Under the pieces are notes generated by a model, which was not told the DNA's origin, ran no database searches, and saw only the letters and a list, made by a program, of their open reading frames with translations. The translations under genes and the position numbers were made by a program. Of a stretch of DNA of 64,000 bases, positions 1 through 15,000 are shown piece by piece. This stretch comes from Eledone cirrhosa (lineage: Eukaryota), in assembly GCA_964016885.1 (NCBI GenBank), contig OZ024752.1, positions 18,476,001 to 18,540,000 on the forward strand. The letters run 5' to 3'. The stretch's first letter is position 1, and each line of letters opens with the position of its first letter.

Positions 1-3000
1 TCTAACACTAGAGATGTATTACAGTGTTAACTGTTCACTACCAGTGAACTGAGGTAACACCCCTTATCTCAGCTTCTAACACTAGAGATGTATTACAGTG
101 TTAACTGTTCACTACCAGTGAACTGAGGTAACACCCCTTATCTCAGCTTCTAACACTGGAGATGTATTACAGTGTTAACTGTTCACTACCAGTTAACTGA
201 GGTTACACCCCTTATCTCAGCTTCTAATGCTGGAGGTGTATTACAGTGTTAACTGTTCACTACCAGTGAACTGAGGTAACACCCCTTATCTCAGCTTCTA
301 ATGCTGGAGATGTATTACAGTGTTAGCTGTTCACTACCAGTGAACTGAGGTAACATCCCTTATCTCAGCTTCTAACACTAGAGATGTATTACAGTGTTAA
401 CTGTTCACTACCAGTGAACTGAGGTAACACCCCTTATCTCAGCTTCTAATGCTGGAGATGTATTACAGCGTTAACTGTTCACTACCAGTGAACTGAGGTA
501 ACACCCCTTATCTCAGCATCTCACACTAGATATGTATTTAAGTGTTAACTGTTCACTACCAGTGAACTGAGGTAACACCCCTTATCTCAGCTTCTAACAC
601 TAGAGATGTATTACAGTGTTAACTGTTCACTACCAGTGAACTGAGGTAACACCCCTTATCTCAGCTTCTAACACTGGAGATGTATTACAGTGTTAGCTGT
701 TCACTACCAGTGAACTGAGGTAACACCCCTTATCTCAGCTTCTAACACTGGAGATGTATTACAGTGTTAACTGTTCACTACCAGTGAACTGAGGTAACAC
801 CCCTTATCTCAGCTTCTAACACTGGAGATGTATTACAGTGTTAGTTGTTCACTACCAGTGAACTGAGGTAACACCCCTTATCTCAGCTTCTAATGCTGGA
901 GATGTATTACAGCGTTAACTGTTCACTACAAGTGAACTGAGGTAACACCCCTTATCTCAGCTTCTAACACTGGAGATGTATTACAGTGTTAATTGTTCAC
1001 TACCAGTGAACTGAGGTAACACCCCTTATCTCAGCTTCTAATGCTGGAGATGTATTACAGCGTTAACTGTTCACTACCAGTGAACTGAGGTTACACCCCT
1101 TATCTCAGCTTCTAACACTAGAGATGTATTACAGTGTTAACTGTTCACTACCAGTGAACTGAGGTAACACCCCTTATCTCAGCTTCTAACACTAGAGATG
1201 TATTACAGCGTTAACTGTTCACTACCAGTGAACTGAGGTTACACCCCTTATCTCAGCTTCTAACACTGGAGATGTATTACAGTGTTAACTGTTCACTACC
1301 AGTGAACTGAGGTAACATCCCTTATCTCAGCTTCTAACACTAGAGATGTATTACAGTGTTAACTGTTCACTACCAGTGAACTGAGGTAACACCCCTTATC
1401 TCAGCTTCTAATGCTGGAGATGTATTACAGTGTTAGCTGTTCAATACCAGTGGACTGAGGTAACACCCCTTATCTCAGCTTCTAACACTAGTGATGTATT
1501 ACAGTGTTAACTGTTCACTACCAGTGAACTGAGGTAACACCCCTTATCTCAGCTTCTAACACTGGAGATGTATTACAGTGTTAACTGTTTACTACCAGTG
1601 AACTGAGGTAACACCCCTTATCTCAGCTTCTAATGCTGGAGATGTATTACAGTTTTAAGTGTTCACTACCCGTGAACTGAGGTAACAACCCTTATCTCAG
1701 CTTCTAACACTAGAGATGTATTACAGTGTTAACTGTTCACTACAAGTGAACTGAGGTAACACCCCTTATCTCAGCTTTTAACACTGGAGATGTATTACAG
1801 TGTTAGCTGTTCACTACCAGTGAACTGAGGTAACACCCCTTATCTCAGCTTCTAACACTGGAGATGTATTACAGTGTTAACTGTTCACTACCAGTGAACT
1901 GAGGTAACACCCCTTATCTCAGCTTCTAACACTGGAGATGTATTACAGTGTTAACTGTTCACTACCAGTGAACTGAGGTAACACCCCTTATCTCAGCTTC
2001 TAACACTGGAGATGTATTACAGCGTTAACTGTTCACTACAAGTGAACTGAGGTAACACCCCTTATATCAGCTTCTAACACTGGAGATGTATTACAGTGTT
2101 AACTGTTCACTACCAGTGAACTGAGGTAACACCCCTTATCTCAGCTTCTAATGCTGGAGATGTATTACAGCGTTAACTGTTCACTACCAGTGAACTGAGG
2201 TAACATCACTTATCTCAGCTTCTAACACTAGAGATGTATTACAGTGTTAACTGTTCACTACCAGTGAACTGAGGTAACACCCCTTATCTCAGCTTCTAAT
2301 GCTGGAGATGTATTACAGTGTTAACTGTTCACTACCAGTGAACTGAGGTAACACCCCTTATCTCAGCTTCTAATGCTGGAGATGTATTACAGTGTTAACT
2401 GTTCACTACCAGTGAACTGAGGTAACACCCCTTATCTCAGCTTCTAACACTGGAGATGTATTACAGTGTTAACTGTTCACTACCAGTGAACTGAGGTAAC
2501 ACCCCTTATCTCAGCTTCTAACACTGGAGATGTATTACAGTGTTAGTTGTTCACTACCAGTGAACTGAGGTAACACCCCTTATCTCAGCTTCTAACACTG
2601 GAGATGTATTACAGTGTTAACTGTTCACTACCAGTTAACTGAGGTTACACCCCTTATCTCAGCTTCTAATGCTGGAGGTGTATTACAGTGTTAACTGTTC
2701 ACTACCAGTGAACTGAGGTAACACCCCTTATCTCAGCTTCTAATGCTGGAGATGTATTACAGTGTTAGCTGTTCACTACCAGTGAACTGAGGTAACATCC
2801 CTTATCTCAGCTTCTAACACTAGAGATGTATTACAGTGTTAACTGTTCACTACCAGTGAACTGAGGTAACACCCCTTATCTCAGCTTCTAATGCTGGAGA
2901 TGTATTACAGCGTTAACTGTTCACTACCAGTGAACTGAGGTAACACCCCTTATCTCAGCATCTCACACTAGATATGTATTTAAGTGTTAACTGTTCACTA

Positions 3001-6000
3001 CCAGTGAACTGAGGTAACACCCCTTATCTCAGCTTCTAACACTAGAGATGTATTACAGTGTTAACTGTTCACTACCAGTGAACTGAGGTAACACCCCTTA
3101 TCTCAGCTTCTAACACTGGAGATGTATTACAGTGTTAACTGTTCACTACCAGTGAACTGAGGTAACACCCCTTATCTCAGCTTCTAACACTAGAGATGTA
3201 TTACAGTGTTAACTATTCACTACAAGTGACCTGAGGTAACACCCCTTATCTCAGCTTCTAACACTGGAGATGTATTACAGTGTTAACTGTTCACTACAAG
3301 TGACCTGAGGTAACACCCCTTATCTCAGCTTCTAACACTGGAGATGTATTACAGTGTTAACTGTTCACTACCAGTGAACTGAGGTAACACCCCTTATCTC
3401 AGCTTGTAACACTAGAGATGTATTACAGTGTTAGCTGTTCACTGCCAGTGAACTGAGGTAACATCCCTTATCTCAGCTTCTAACACTAGAGATGTATTAC
3501 AGTGTTAACTGTTCACTACCAGTGAACTGAGGTAACACCCCTTATCTCAGCTTCTAACACTAGAGATGTATTACAGTCTTAACTGTTCACTACAAGTGAC
3601 CTGAGGTAACACACCTTATCTCAGCTTCTACTACTGGAGATGTATAACAGTGTTAACTGTTCACTGCCAGTGAACTGAGGTAACACCCCTTATCTCAGCT
3701 TCTAACACTAGAGATGTATTACAGTGTTAACTGTTCACTACAAGTGACCTGAGGTAACACCCCTTATCTCAGCTTCTAACACTGGAGATGTATTACAGTG
3801 TTAACTGTTCACTACAAGTGACCTGAGGTAACACCCCTTATCTCAGCTTCTAACACTGGAGATGTATTACAGTGTTAACTGTTCACTACCAGTGAACTGA
3901 GGTAACACCCCTTATCTCAGCTTCTTACACTAGAGATGTATTACAGTGTTAGCTGTTCACTGCCAGTGAACTGAGGTAACACCCCTTATCTCAGCTTCTA
4001 ACACTAGAGATGTATTACAGTGTTAACTGTTCACTACCAGTGAACTGAGGTAACACCCCTTATCTCAGCTTCTAACACTAGAGATGTATTACAGTGTTAA
4101 CTGTTCACTACAAGTGACCTGAGGTAACACCCCTTATCTCAGCTTCTAACACTGGAGATGTATTACAGTGTTAACTGTTCACTGCCAGTGAACTGAGGTA
4201 ACACCCCTTATCTCAGCTTCTAACACTGGAGATGTATTACAGTGTTAACTGTTCACTACCAGTGAACTGAGGTAACATCTCTTATCTCAGCTTCTAACAC
4301 TAGAGATGTATTACAGTGTTAACTGTTCACTACCAGTGAACTGAGGTAACACCCCTTATCTCAGCTTCTAATGCTGGAGATGTATTACAGTGTTAACTGT
4401 TCACTACCAGTGGACTGAGGTAACACCCCTTATCTCAGCTTCTAACACTAGTGATGTATTACAGTGTTAACTGTTCACTACTAGTGAACTGAGGTAACAC
4501 CCCTTATCTCAGCTTCTAACACTGGAGATGTATTACAGTGTTAACTGTTTACTACCAGTGAACTGAGGTAACACCCCTTATCTCAGCTTCTAATGCTGGA
4601 GATGTATTACAGTGTTAAGTGTTCACTACCAGTGAACTGAGGTAACACCCCTTATCTCAGCTTCTAACACTAGACATGTATTACAGTGTTAACTGTTCAC
4701 TACAAGTGAACTGAGGTAACACCCCTTATCTCAGCTTCTAACACTGGAGATGTATTGCAGTGTTAACTGTTTACTGCCGGTGAACTGAGGTAACACCCCT
4801 TATCTCAGCTTCTAACACTGGAGATGTATTACAGTGTTAACTGTTCACTACCAGTGAACTGAGGTAACACCCCTTATCTCAGCTTCTAATGCTTGAGATG
4901 TATTACAGTGTTAGTTGTTCACTGCCAGTAAACTGAGGTAACATCCCTTATCTCAGCTTCTAACACTGGAGATGTATTACAGTGTTAACTGTTCACTACC
5001 AGTGAACTGAGGTAACACCCCTTATCTCAGCTTCTAACACTGGAGATGTATTACAGTGTTAACTGTTCACTACCAGTGAACTGAGGTAACACCCCTTATC
5101 TCAGCTTCTAACACTGGAGATGTATTACAGTGTTAACTGTTCACTACCAGTGAACTGAGGTAACACCCCTTATCTCAGCTTCTAATGCTGGAGATGCATC
5201 ACAGTGTTAGTTGTTCACTGCCAGTAAACTAAGGTAACACCCCTTATCTCAGCTTCTAACACTAGAGATGTATTACAGTGTTAACTGTTCACTACAAGTG
5301 ACCTGAGGTAACACCCCTTATCTCAGCTTCTAACACTGGAGATGTATTACAGTGTTAACTGTTCACTACAAGTGACCTGAGGTAACACCCCTTATCTCAG
5401 CTTCTAACACTGGAGATGTATTACAGTGTTAACTGTTCACTACCAGTGAACTGAGGTAACACCCCTTATCTCAGCTTCTAACACTAGAGATGTATTACAG
5501 TGTTAGCTGTTCACTGCCAGTGAACTGAGGTAACATCCCTTATCTCAGCTTCTAACACTAGAGATGTATTACAGTGTTAACTGTTCACTACAAGTGACCT
5601 GAGGTAACACCCCTTATCTCAGCTTCTAACACTGGAGATGTATTACAGTGTTAACTGTTCACTGCCAGTGAACTGAGGTAACACCCCTTATCTCAGCTTC
5701 TAACACTAGAGATGTATTACAGTGTTAACTGTTCACTACAAGTGACCTGAGGTAACACCCCTTATCTCAGCTTCTAACACTGGAGATGTATTACAGTGTT
5801 AACTGTTCACTACCAGTGAACTGAGGTAACACCCCTTACCTCAGCTTCTTACACTAGAGATGTATTACAGTGTTAGCTGTTCACTGCCAGTGAACTGAGG
5901 TAACATCCCTTATCCCAGCTTCTAACACTAGAGATGTATTACAGTGTTAACTGTTCACTACCAGTGAACTGAGGTAACACCCCTTATCTCAGCTTCTAAC

Positions 6001-9000
6001 ACTAGAGATGTATTACAGTGTTAACTGTTCACTACCAGTGAACTGAGGTAACACCCCTTATCTCAGCTTCTAACACTAGAGATGTATTACAGTGTTAACT
6101 GTTCACTACCAGTGAACTGAGGTAACACCCCTTATCTCAGCTTCTAACACTGGAGATGTATTACAGTGTTAACTGTTCACTACCAGTTAACTGAGGTTAC
6201 ACCCCTTATCTCAGCTTCTAATGCTGGAGGTGTATTACAGTGTTAACTGTTCACTACCAGTGAACTGAGGTAACACCCCTTATCTCAGCTTCTAATGCTG
6301 GAGATGTATTACAGTGTTAGCTGTTCACTACCAGTGAACTGAGGTAACATCCCTTATCTCAGCTTCTAACATTAGAGATGTATTACAGTGTTAACTGTTC
6401 ACTACCAGTGAACTGAGGTAACACCCCTTATCTCAGCTTCTAATGCTGGAGATGTATTACAGCGTTAACTGTTCACTACCAGTGAACTGAGGTAACACCC
6501 CTTATCTCAGCATCTCACACTAGATATGTATTTAAGTGTTAACTGTTCACTACCAGTGAACTGAGGTAACACCCCTTATCTCAGCTTCTAACACTAGAGA
6601 TGTATTACAGTGTTAACTGTTCACTACCAGTGAACTGAGGTAACACCCCTTATCTCAGCTTCTAATGCTGGAGATGTATTACAGCGTTAACTGTTCACTA
6701 CCAGTGAACTGAGGTAACATCACTTATCTCAGCTTCTAACACTAGAGATGTATTACAGTGTTAACTGTTCACTACCAGTGAACTGAGGTAACACCCCTTA
6801 TCTCAGCTTCTAATGCTGGAGATGTATTACAGTGTTAACTGTTCACTACCAGTGAACTGAGGTAACACCCCTTATCTCAGCTTCTAATGCTGGAGATGTA
6901 TTACAGTGTTAACTGTTCACTACCAGTGAACTGAGGTAACACCCCTTATCTCAGCTTCTAACACTGGAGATGTATTACAGTGTTAACTGTTCACTACCAG
7001 TGAACTGAGGTAACACCCCTTATCTCAGCTTCTAACACTGGAGATGTATTACAGTGTTAGTTGTTCACTACCAGTGAACTGAGGTAACACCCCTTATCTC
7101 AGCTTCTAACACTGGAGATGTATTACAGTGTTAACTGTTCACTACCAGTTAACTGAGGTTACACCCCTTATCTCAGCTTCTAATGCTGGAGGTGTATTAC
7201 AGTGTTAACTGTTCACTACCAGTGAACTGAGGTAACACCCCTTATCTCAGCTTCTAATGCTGGAGATGTATTACAGTGTTAGCTGTTCACTACCAGTGAA
7301 CTGAGGTAACATCCCTTATCTCAGCTTCTAACACTGGAGATGTATTACAGTGTTAACTGTTCACTACCAGTGAACTGAGGTAACACCCCTTATCTCAGCT
7401 TCTAACACTGGAGATGTATTACAGTGTTAACTGTTCACTACCAGTGAACTGAGGTAACACCCCTTATCTCAGCTTCTAACACTGGAGATGTATTACAGTG
7501 TTAACTGTTCACTACCAGTGAACTGAGGTAACACCCCTTATCTCAGCTTCTAATGCTGGAGATGCATCACAGTGTTAGTTGTTCACTGCCAGTAAACTAA
7601 GGTAACACCCCTTATCTCAGCTTCTAACACTGGAGATGTATTACAGTGTTAACTGTTCACTACCAGTGAACTGAGGTAACACCCCTTATCTCAGCTTCTA
7701 ACACTGGAGATGTATTACAGTGTTAACTGTTCACTACCAGTGAACTGAGGTAACACCCCTTATCTCAGCTTCTAACACTGGAGATGTATTACAGTGTTAA
7801 CTGTTCACTACCAGTGAACTGAGGTAACACCCCTTATCTCAGCTTCTAATGCTGGAGATGCATCACAGTGTTAGTTGTTCACTGCCAGTAAACTAAGGTA
7901 ACACCCCTTATCTCAGCTTCTAACACTAGAGATGTATTACAGTGTTAACTGTTCACTACAAGTGACCTGAGGTAACACCCCTTATCTCAGCTTCTAACAC
8001 TGGAGATGTATTACAGTGTTAACTGTTCACTACAAGTGACCTGAGGTAACACCCCTTATCTCAGCTTCTAACACTGGAGATGTATTACAGTGTTAACTGT
8101 TCACTACCAGTGAACTGAGGTAACACCCCTTATCTCAGCTTCTAACACTAGAGATGTATTACAGTGTTAGCTGTTCACTGCCAGTGAACTGAGGTAACAT
8201 CCCTTATCTCAGCTTCTAACACTAGAGATGTATTACAGTGTTAACTGTTCACTACAAGTGACCTGAGGTAACACCCCTTATCTCAGCTTCTAACACTGGA
8301 GATGTATTACAGTGTTAACTGTTCACTGCCAGTGAACTGAGGTAACACCCCTTATCTCAGCTTCTAACACTAGAGATGTATTACAGTGTTAACTGTTCAC
8401 TACAAGTGACCTGAGGTAACACCCCTTATCTCAGCTTCTAACACTGGAGATGTATTACAGTGTTAACTGTTCACTACCAGTGAACTGAGGTAACACCCCT
8501 TACCTCAGCTTCTTACACTAGAGATGTATTACAGTGTTAGCTGTTCACTGCCAGTGAACTGAGGTAACATCCCTTATCCCAGCTTCTAACACTAGAGATG
8601 TATTACAGTGTTAACTGTTCACTACCAGTGAACTGAGGTAACACCCCTTATCTCAGCTTCTAACACTAGAGATGTATTACAGTGTTAACTGTTCACTACC
8701 AGTGAACTGAGGTAACACCCCTTATCTCAGCTTCTAACACTAGAGATGTATTACAGTGTTAACTGTTCACTACCAGTGAACTGAGGTAACACCCCTTATC
8801 TCAGCTTCTAACACTGGAGATGTATTACAGTGTTAACTGTTCACTACCAGTTAACTGAGGTTACACCCCTTATCTCAGCTTCTAATGCTGGAGGTGTATT
8901 ACAGTGTTAACTGTTCACTACCAGTGAACTGAGGTAACACCCCTTATCTCAGCTTCTAATGCTGGAGATGTATTACAGTGTTAGCTGTTCACTACCAGTG

Positions 9001-12000
9001 AACTGAGGTAACATCCCTTATCTCAGCTTCTAACATTAGAGATGTATTACAGTGTTAACTGTTCACTACCAGTGAACTGAGGTAACACCCCTTATCTCAG
9101 CTTCTAATGCTGGAGATGTATTACAGCGTTAACTGTTCACTACCAGTGAACTGAGGTAACACCCCTTATCTCAGCATCTCACACTAGATATGTATTTAAG
9201 TGTTAACTGTTCACTACCAGTGAACTGAGGTAACACCCCTTATCTCAGCTTCTAACACTAGAGATGTATTACAGTGTTAACTGTTCACTACCAGTGAACT
9301 GAGGTAACACCCCTTATCTCAGCTTCTAATGCTGGAGATGTATTACAGCGTTAACTGTTCACTACCAGTGAACTGAGGTAACATCACTTATCTCAGCTTC
9401 TAACACTAGAGATGTATTACAGTGTTAACTGTTCACTACCAGTGAACTGAGGTAACACCCATTATCTCAGCTTCTAATGCTGGAGATGTATTACAGTGTT
9501 AACTGTTCACTACCAGTGAACTGAGGTAACACCCCTTATCTCAGCTTCTAATGCTGGAGATGTATTACAGTGTTAACTGTTCACTACCAGTGAACTGAGG
9601 TAACACCCCTTATCTCAGCTTCTAACACTGGAGATGTATTACAGTGTTAACTGTTCACTACCAGTGAACTGAGGTAACACCCCTTATCTCAGCTTCTAAC
9701 ACTGGAGATGTATTACAGTGTTAGTTGTTCACTACCAGTGAACTGAGGTAACACCCCTTATCTCAGCTTCTAACACTGGAGATGTATTACAGTGTTAACT
9801 GTTCACTACCAGTTAACTGAGGTTACACCCCTTATCTCAGCTTCTAATGCTGGAGGTGTATTACAGTGTTAACTGTTCACTACCAGTGAACTGAGGTAAC
9901 ACCCCTTATCTCAGCTTCTAATGCTGGAGATGTATTACAGTGTTAGCTGTTCACTACCAGTGAACTGAGGTAACATCCCTTATCTCAGCTTCTAACACTA
10001 GAGATGTATTACAGTGTTAACTGTTCACTACCAGTGAACTGAGGTAACACCCCTTATCTCAGCTTCTAATGCTGGAGATGTATTACAGCGTTAACTGTTC
10101 ACTACCAGTGAACTGAGGTAACACCCCTTATCTCAGCATCTCACACTAGATATGTATTTAAGTGTTAACTGTTCACTACCAGTGAACTGAGGTAACACCC
10201 CTTATCTCAGCTTCTAACACTAGAGATGTATTACAGTGTTAACTGTTCACTACCAGTGAACTGAGGTAACACCCCTTATCTCAGCTTCTAACACTGGAGA
10301 TGTATTACAGTGTTAACTGTTCACTACCAGTGAACTGAGGTAACACCCCTTATCTCAGCTTCTAACACTAGAGATGTATTACAGTGTTAACTATTCCCTA
10401 CAAGTGACCTGAGGTAACACCCCTTATCTCAGCTTCTAACACTGGAGATGTATTACAGTGTTAACTGTTCACTACAAGTGACCTGAGGTAACACCCCTTA
10501 TCTCAGCTTCTAACACTGGAGATGTATTACAGTGTTAACTGTTCACTACCAGTGAACTGAGGTAACACCCCTTATCTCAGCTTGTAACACTAGAGATGTA
10601 TTACAGTGTTAGCTGTTCACTGCCAGTGAACTGAGGTAACATCCCTTATCTCAGCTTCTAACACTAGAGATGTATTACAGTGTTAACTGTTCACTACCAG
10701 TGAACTGAGGTAACACCCCTTATCTCAGCTTCTAACACTAGAGATGTATTACAGTGTTAACTGTTCACTACAAGTGACCTGAGGTAACACACCTTATCTC
10801 AGCTTCTACTACTGGAGATGTATAACAGTGTTAACTGTTCACTGCCAGTGAACTGAGGTAACACCCCTTATCTCAGCTTCTAACACTAGAGATGTATTAC
10901 AGTGTTAACTGTTCACTACAAGTGACCTGAGGTAACACCCCTTATCTCAGCTTCTAACACTGGAGATGTATTACAGTGTTAACTGTTCACTACAAGTGAC
11001 CTGAGGTAACACCCCTTATCTCAGCTTCTAACACTGGAGATGTATTACAGTGTTAACTGTTCACTACCAGTGAACTGAGGTAACACCCCTTATCTCAGCT
11101 TCTTACACTAGAGATGTATTACAGTGTTAGCTGTTCACTGCCAGTGAACTGAGGTAACACCCCTTATCTCAGCTTCTAACACTAGAGATGTATTACAGTG
11201 TTAACTGTTCACTACCAGTGAACTGAGGTAACACCCCTTATCTCAGCTTCTAACACTAGAGATGTATTACAGTGTTAACTGTTCACTACAAGTGACCTGA
11301 GGTAACACCCCTTATCTCAGCTTCTAACACTGGAGATGTATTACAGTGTTAACTGTTCACTGCCAGTGAACTGAGGTAACACCCCTTATCTCAGCTTCTA
11401 ACACTGGAGATGTATTACAGTGTTAACTGTTCACTACCAGTGAACTGAGGTAACATCTCTTATCTCAGCTTCTAACACTAGAGATGTATTACAGTGTTAA
11501 CTGTTCACTACCAGTGAACTGAGGTAACACCCCTTATCTCAGCTTCTAATGCTGGAGATGTATTACAGTGTTAACTGTTCACTACCAGTGGACTGAGGTA
11601 ACACCCCTTATCTCAGCTTCTAACACTAGTGATGTATTACAGTGTTAACTGTTCACTACTAGTGAACTGAGGTAACACCCCTTATCTCAGCTTCTAACAC
11701 TGGAGATGTATTACAGTGTTAAGTGTTCACTACCAGTGAACTGAGGTAACACCCCTTATCTCAGCTTCTAACACTAGACATGTATTACAGTGTTAACTGT
11801 TCACTACAAGTGAACTGAGGTAACACCCCTTATCTCAGCTTCTAACACTGGAGATGTATTGCAGTGTTAACTGTTTACTGCCGGTGAACTGAGGTAACAC
11901 CCCTTATCTCAGCTTCTAACACTGGAGATGTATTACAGTGTTAACTGTTCACTACCAGTGAACTGAGGTAACACCCCTTATCTCAGCTTCTAATGCTTGA

Positions 12001-15000
12001 GATGTATTACAGTGTTAGTTGTTCACTGCCAGTAAACTGAGGTAACATCCCTTATCTCAGCTTCTAACACTGGAGATGTATTACAGTGTTAACTGTTCAC
12101 TACCAGTGAACTGAGGTAACACCCCTTATCTCAGCTTCTAACACTGGAGATGTATTACAGTGTTAACTGTTCACTACCAGTGAACTGAGGTAACACCCCT
12201 TATCTCAGCTTCTAACACTGGAGATGTATTACAGTGTTAACTGTTCACTACCAGTGAACTGAGGTAACACCCCTTATCTCAGCTTCTAATGCTGGAGATG
12301 CATCACAGTGTTAGTTGTTCACTGCCAGTAAACTAAGGTAACACCCCTTATCTCAGCTTCTAACACTAGAGATGTATTACAGTGTTAACTGTTCACTACA
12401 AGTGACCTGAGGTAACACCCCTTATCTCAGCTTCTAACACTGGAGATGTATTACAGTGTTAACTGTTCACTACAAGTGACCTGAGGTAACACCCCTTATC
12501 TCAGCTTCTAACACTGGAGATGTATTACAGTGTTAACTGTTCACTACCAGTGAACTGAGGTAACACCCCTTATCTCAGCTTCTAACACTAGAGATGTATT
12601 ACAGTGTTAGCTGTTCACTGCCAGTGAACTGAGGTAACATCCCTTATCTCAGCTTCTAACACTAGAGATGTATTACAGTGTTAACTGTTCACTACAAGTG
12701 ACCTGAGGTAACACCCCTTATCTCAGCTTCTAACACTGGAGATGTATTACAGTGTTAACTGTTCACTGCCAGTGAACTGAGGTAACACCCCTTATCTCAG
12801 CTTCTAACACTAGAGATGTATTACAGTGTTAACTGTTCACTACAAGTGACCTGAGGTAACACCCCTTATCTCAGCTTCTAACACTGGAGATGTATTACAG
12901 TGTTAACTGTTCACTACCAGTGAACTGAGGTAACACCCCTTACCTCAGCTTCTTACACTAGAGATGTATTACAGTGTTAGCTGTTCACTGCCAGTGAACT
13001 GAGGTAACATCCCTTATCCCAGCTTCTAACACTAGAGATGTATTACAGTGTTAACTGTTCACTACCAGTGAACTGAGGTAACACCCCTTATCTCAGCTTC
13101 TAACACTAGAGATGTATTACAGTGTTAACTGTTCACTACCAGTGAACTGAGGTAACACCCCTTATCTCAGCTTCTAACACTAGAGATGTATTACAGTGTT
13201 AACTGTTCACTACCAGTGAACTGAGGTAACACCCCTTATCTCAGCTTCTAACACTGGAGATGTATTACAGTGTTAACTGTTCACTACCAGTTAACTGAGG
13301 TTACACCCCTTATCTCAGCTTCTAATGCTGGAGGTGTATTACAGTGTTAACTGTTCACTACCAGTGAACTGAGGTAACACCCCTTATCTCAGCTTCTAAT
13401 GCTGGAGATGTATTACAGTGTTAGCTGTTCACTACCAGTGAACTGAGGTAACATCCCTTATCTCAGCTTCTAACATTAGAGATGTATTACAGTGTTAACT
13501 GTTCACTACCAGTGAACTGAGGTAACACCCCTTATCTCAGCTTCTAATGCTGGAGATGTATTACAGCGTTAACTGTTCACTACCAGTGAACTGAGGTAAC
13601 ACCCCTTATCTCAGCATCTCACACTAGATATGTATTTAAGTGTTAACTGTTCACTACCAGTGAACTGAGGTAACACCCCTTATCTCAGCTTCTAACACTA
13701 GAGATGTATTACAGTGTTAACTGTTCACTACCAGTGAACTGAGGTAACACCCCTTATCTCAGCTTCTAACACTGGAGATGTATTACAGTTTTAGCTGTTC
13801 ACTACCAGTGAACTGAGGTAACACCCCTTATCTCAGCTTCTAACACTGGAGATGTATTACAGTGTTAACTGTTCACTACCAGTGAACTGAGGTAACACCC
13901 CTTATCTCAGCTTCTAACACTGGAGATGTATTACAGTGTTAACTGTTCACTACCAGTGAACTGAGGTAACACCCCTTATCTCAGCTTCTAATGCTGGAGA
14001 TGTATTACAGCGTTAACTGTTCACTACCAGTGAACTGAGGTTACACCCCTTATCTCAGCTTCTAACACTAGAGATGTATTACAGTGTTAACTGTTCACTA
14101 CCAGTGAAGTGAGGTAACACCCCTTATCTCAGCTTCTAATGCTGGAGATGTATTACAGTGTTAACTGTTCACTACCAGTGAACTGAGGTAACATCCCTTA
14201 TCTCAGCTTCTAACACTAGAGATGTATTACAGTGTTAACTGTTCACTACCAGTGAACTGAGGTAACACCCCTTATCTCAGCTTCTAATGCTGGAGATGTA
14301 TTACAGTGTTAGCTGTTCAATACCAGTGGACTGAGGTAACACCCCTTATCTCAGCTTCTAACACTAGTGATGTATTACAGTGTTAACTGTTCACTACCAG
14401 TGAACTGAGGTAACACCCCTTATCTCAGCTTCTAACACTGGAGATGTATTACAGTGTTAACTGTTTACTACCAGTGAACTGAGGTAACACCCCTTATCTC
14501 AGCTTCTAATGCTGGAGATGTATTACAGTTTTAAGTGTTCACTACCCGTGAACTGAGGTAACAACCCTTATCTCAGCTTCTAACACTAGAGATGTATTAC
14601 AGTGTTAACTGTTCACTACAAGTGAACTGAGGTAACACCCCTTATCTCAGCTTTTAACACTGGAGATGTATTACAGTGTTAGCTGTTCACTACCAGTGAA
14701 CTGAGGTAACACCCCTTATCTCAGCTTCTAACACTGGAGATGTATTACAGTGTTAACTGTTCACTACCAGTGAACTGAGGTAACACCCCTTATCTCAGCT
14801 TCTAACACTGGAGATGTATTACAGTGTTAACTGTTCACTACCAGTGAACTGAGGTAACACCCCTTATCTCAGCTTCTAACACTGGAGATGTATTACAGCG
14901 TTAACTGTTCACTACAAGTGAACTGAGGTAACACCCCTTATATCAGCTTCTAACACTGGAGATGTATTACAGTGTTAACTGTTCACTACCAGTGAACTGA

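Noticed and set aside
1-74. Splice-like motifs in each monomer (GAG/GTAAC donor, CCCCTTATCTCAG acceptor, CTAAC branch-like)
   Set aside because: The implied intron is only 19 nt, the implied 55-nt exon is not frame-preserving, and no ORFs are reported in array A; most likely chance.
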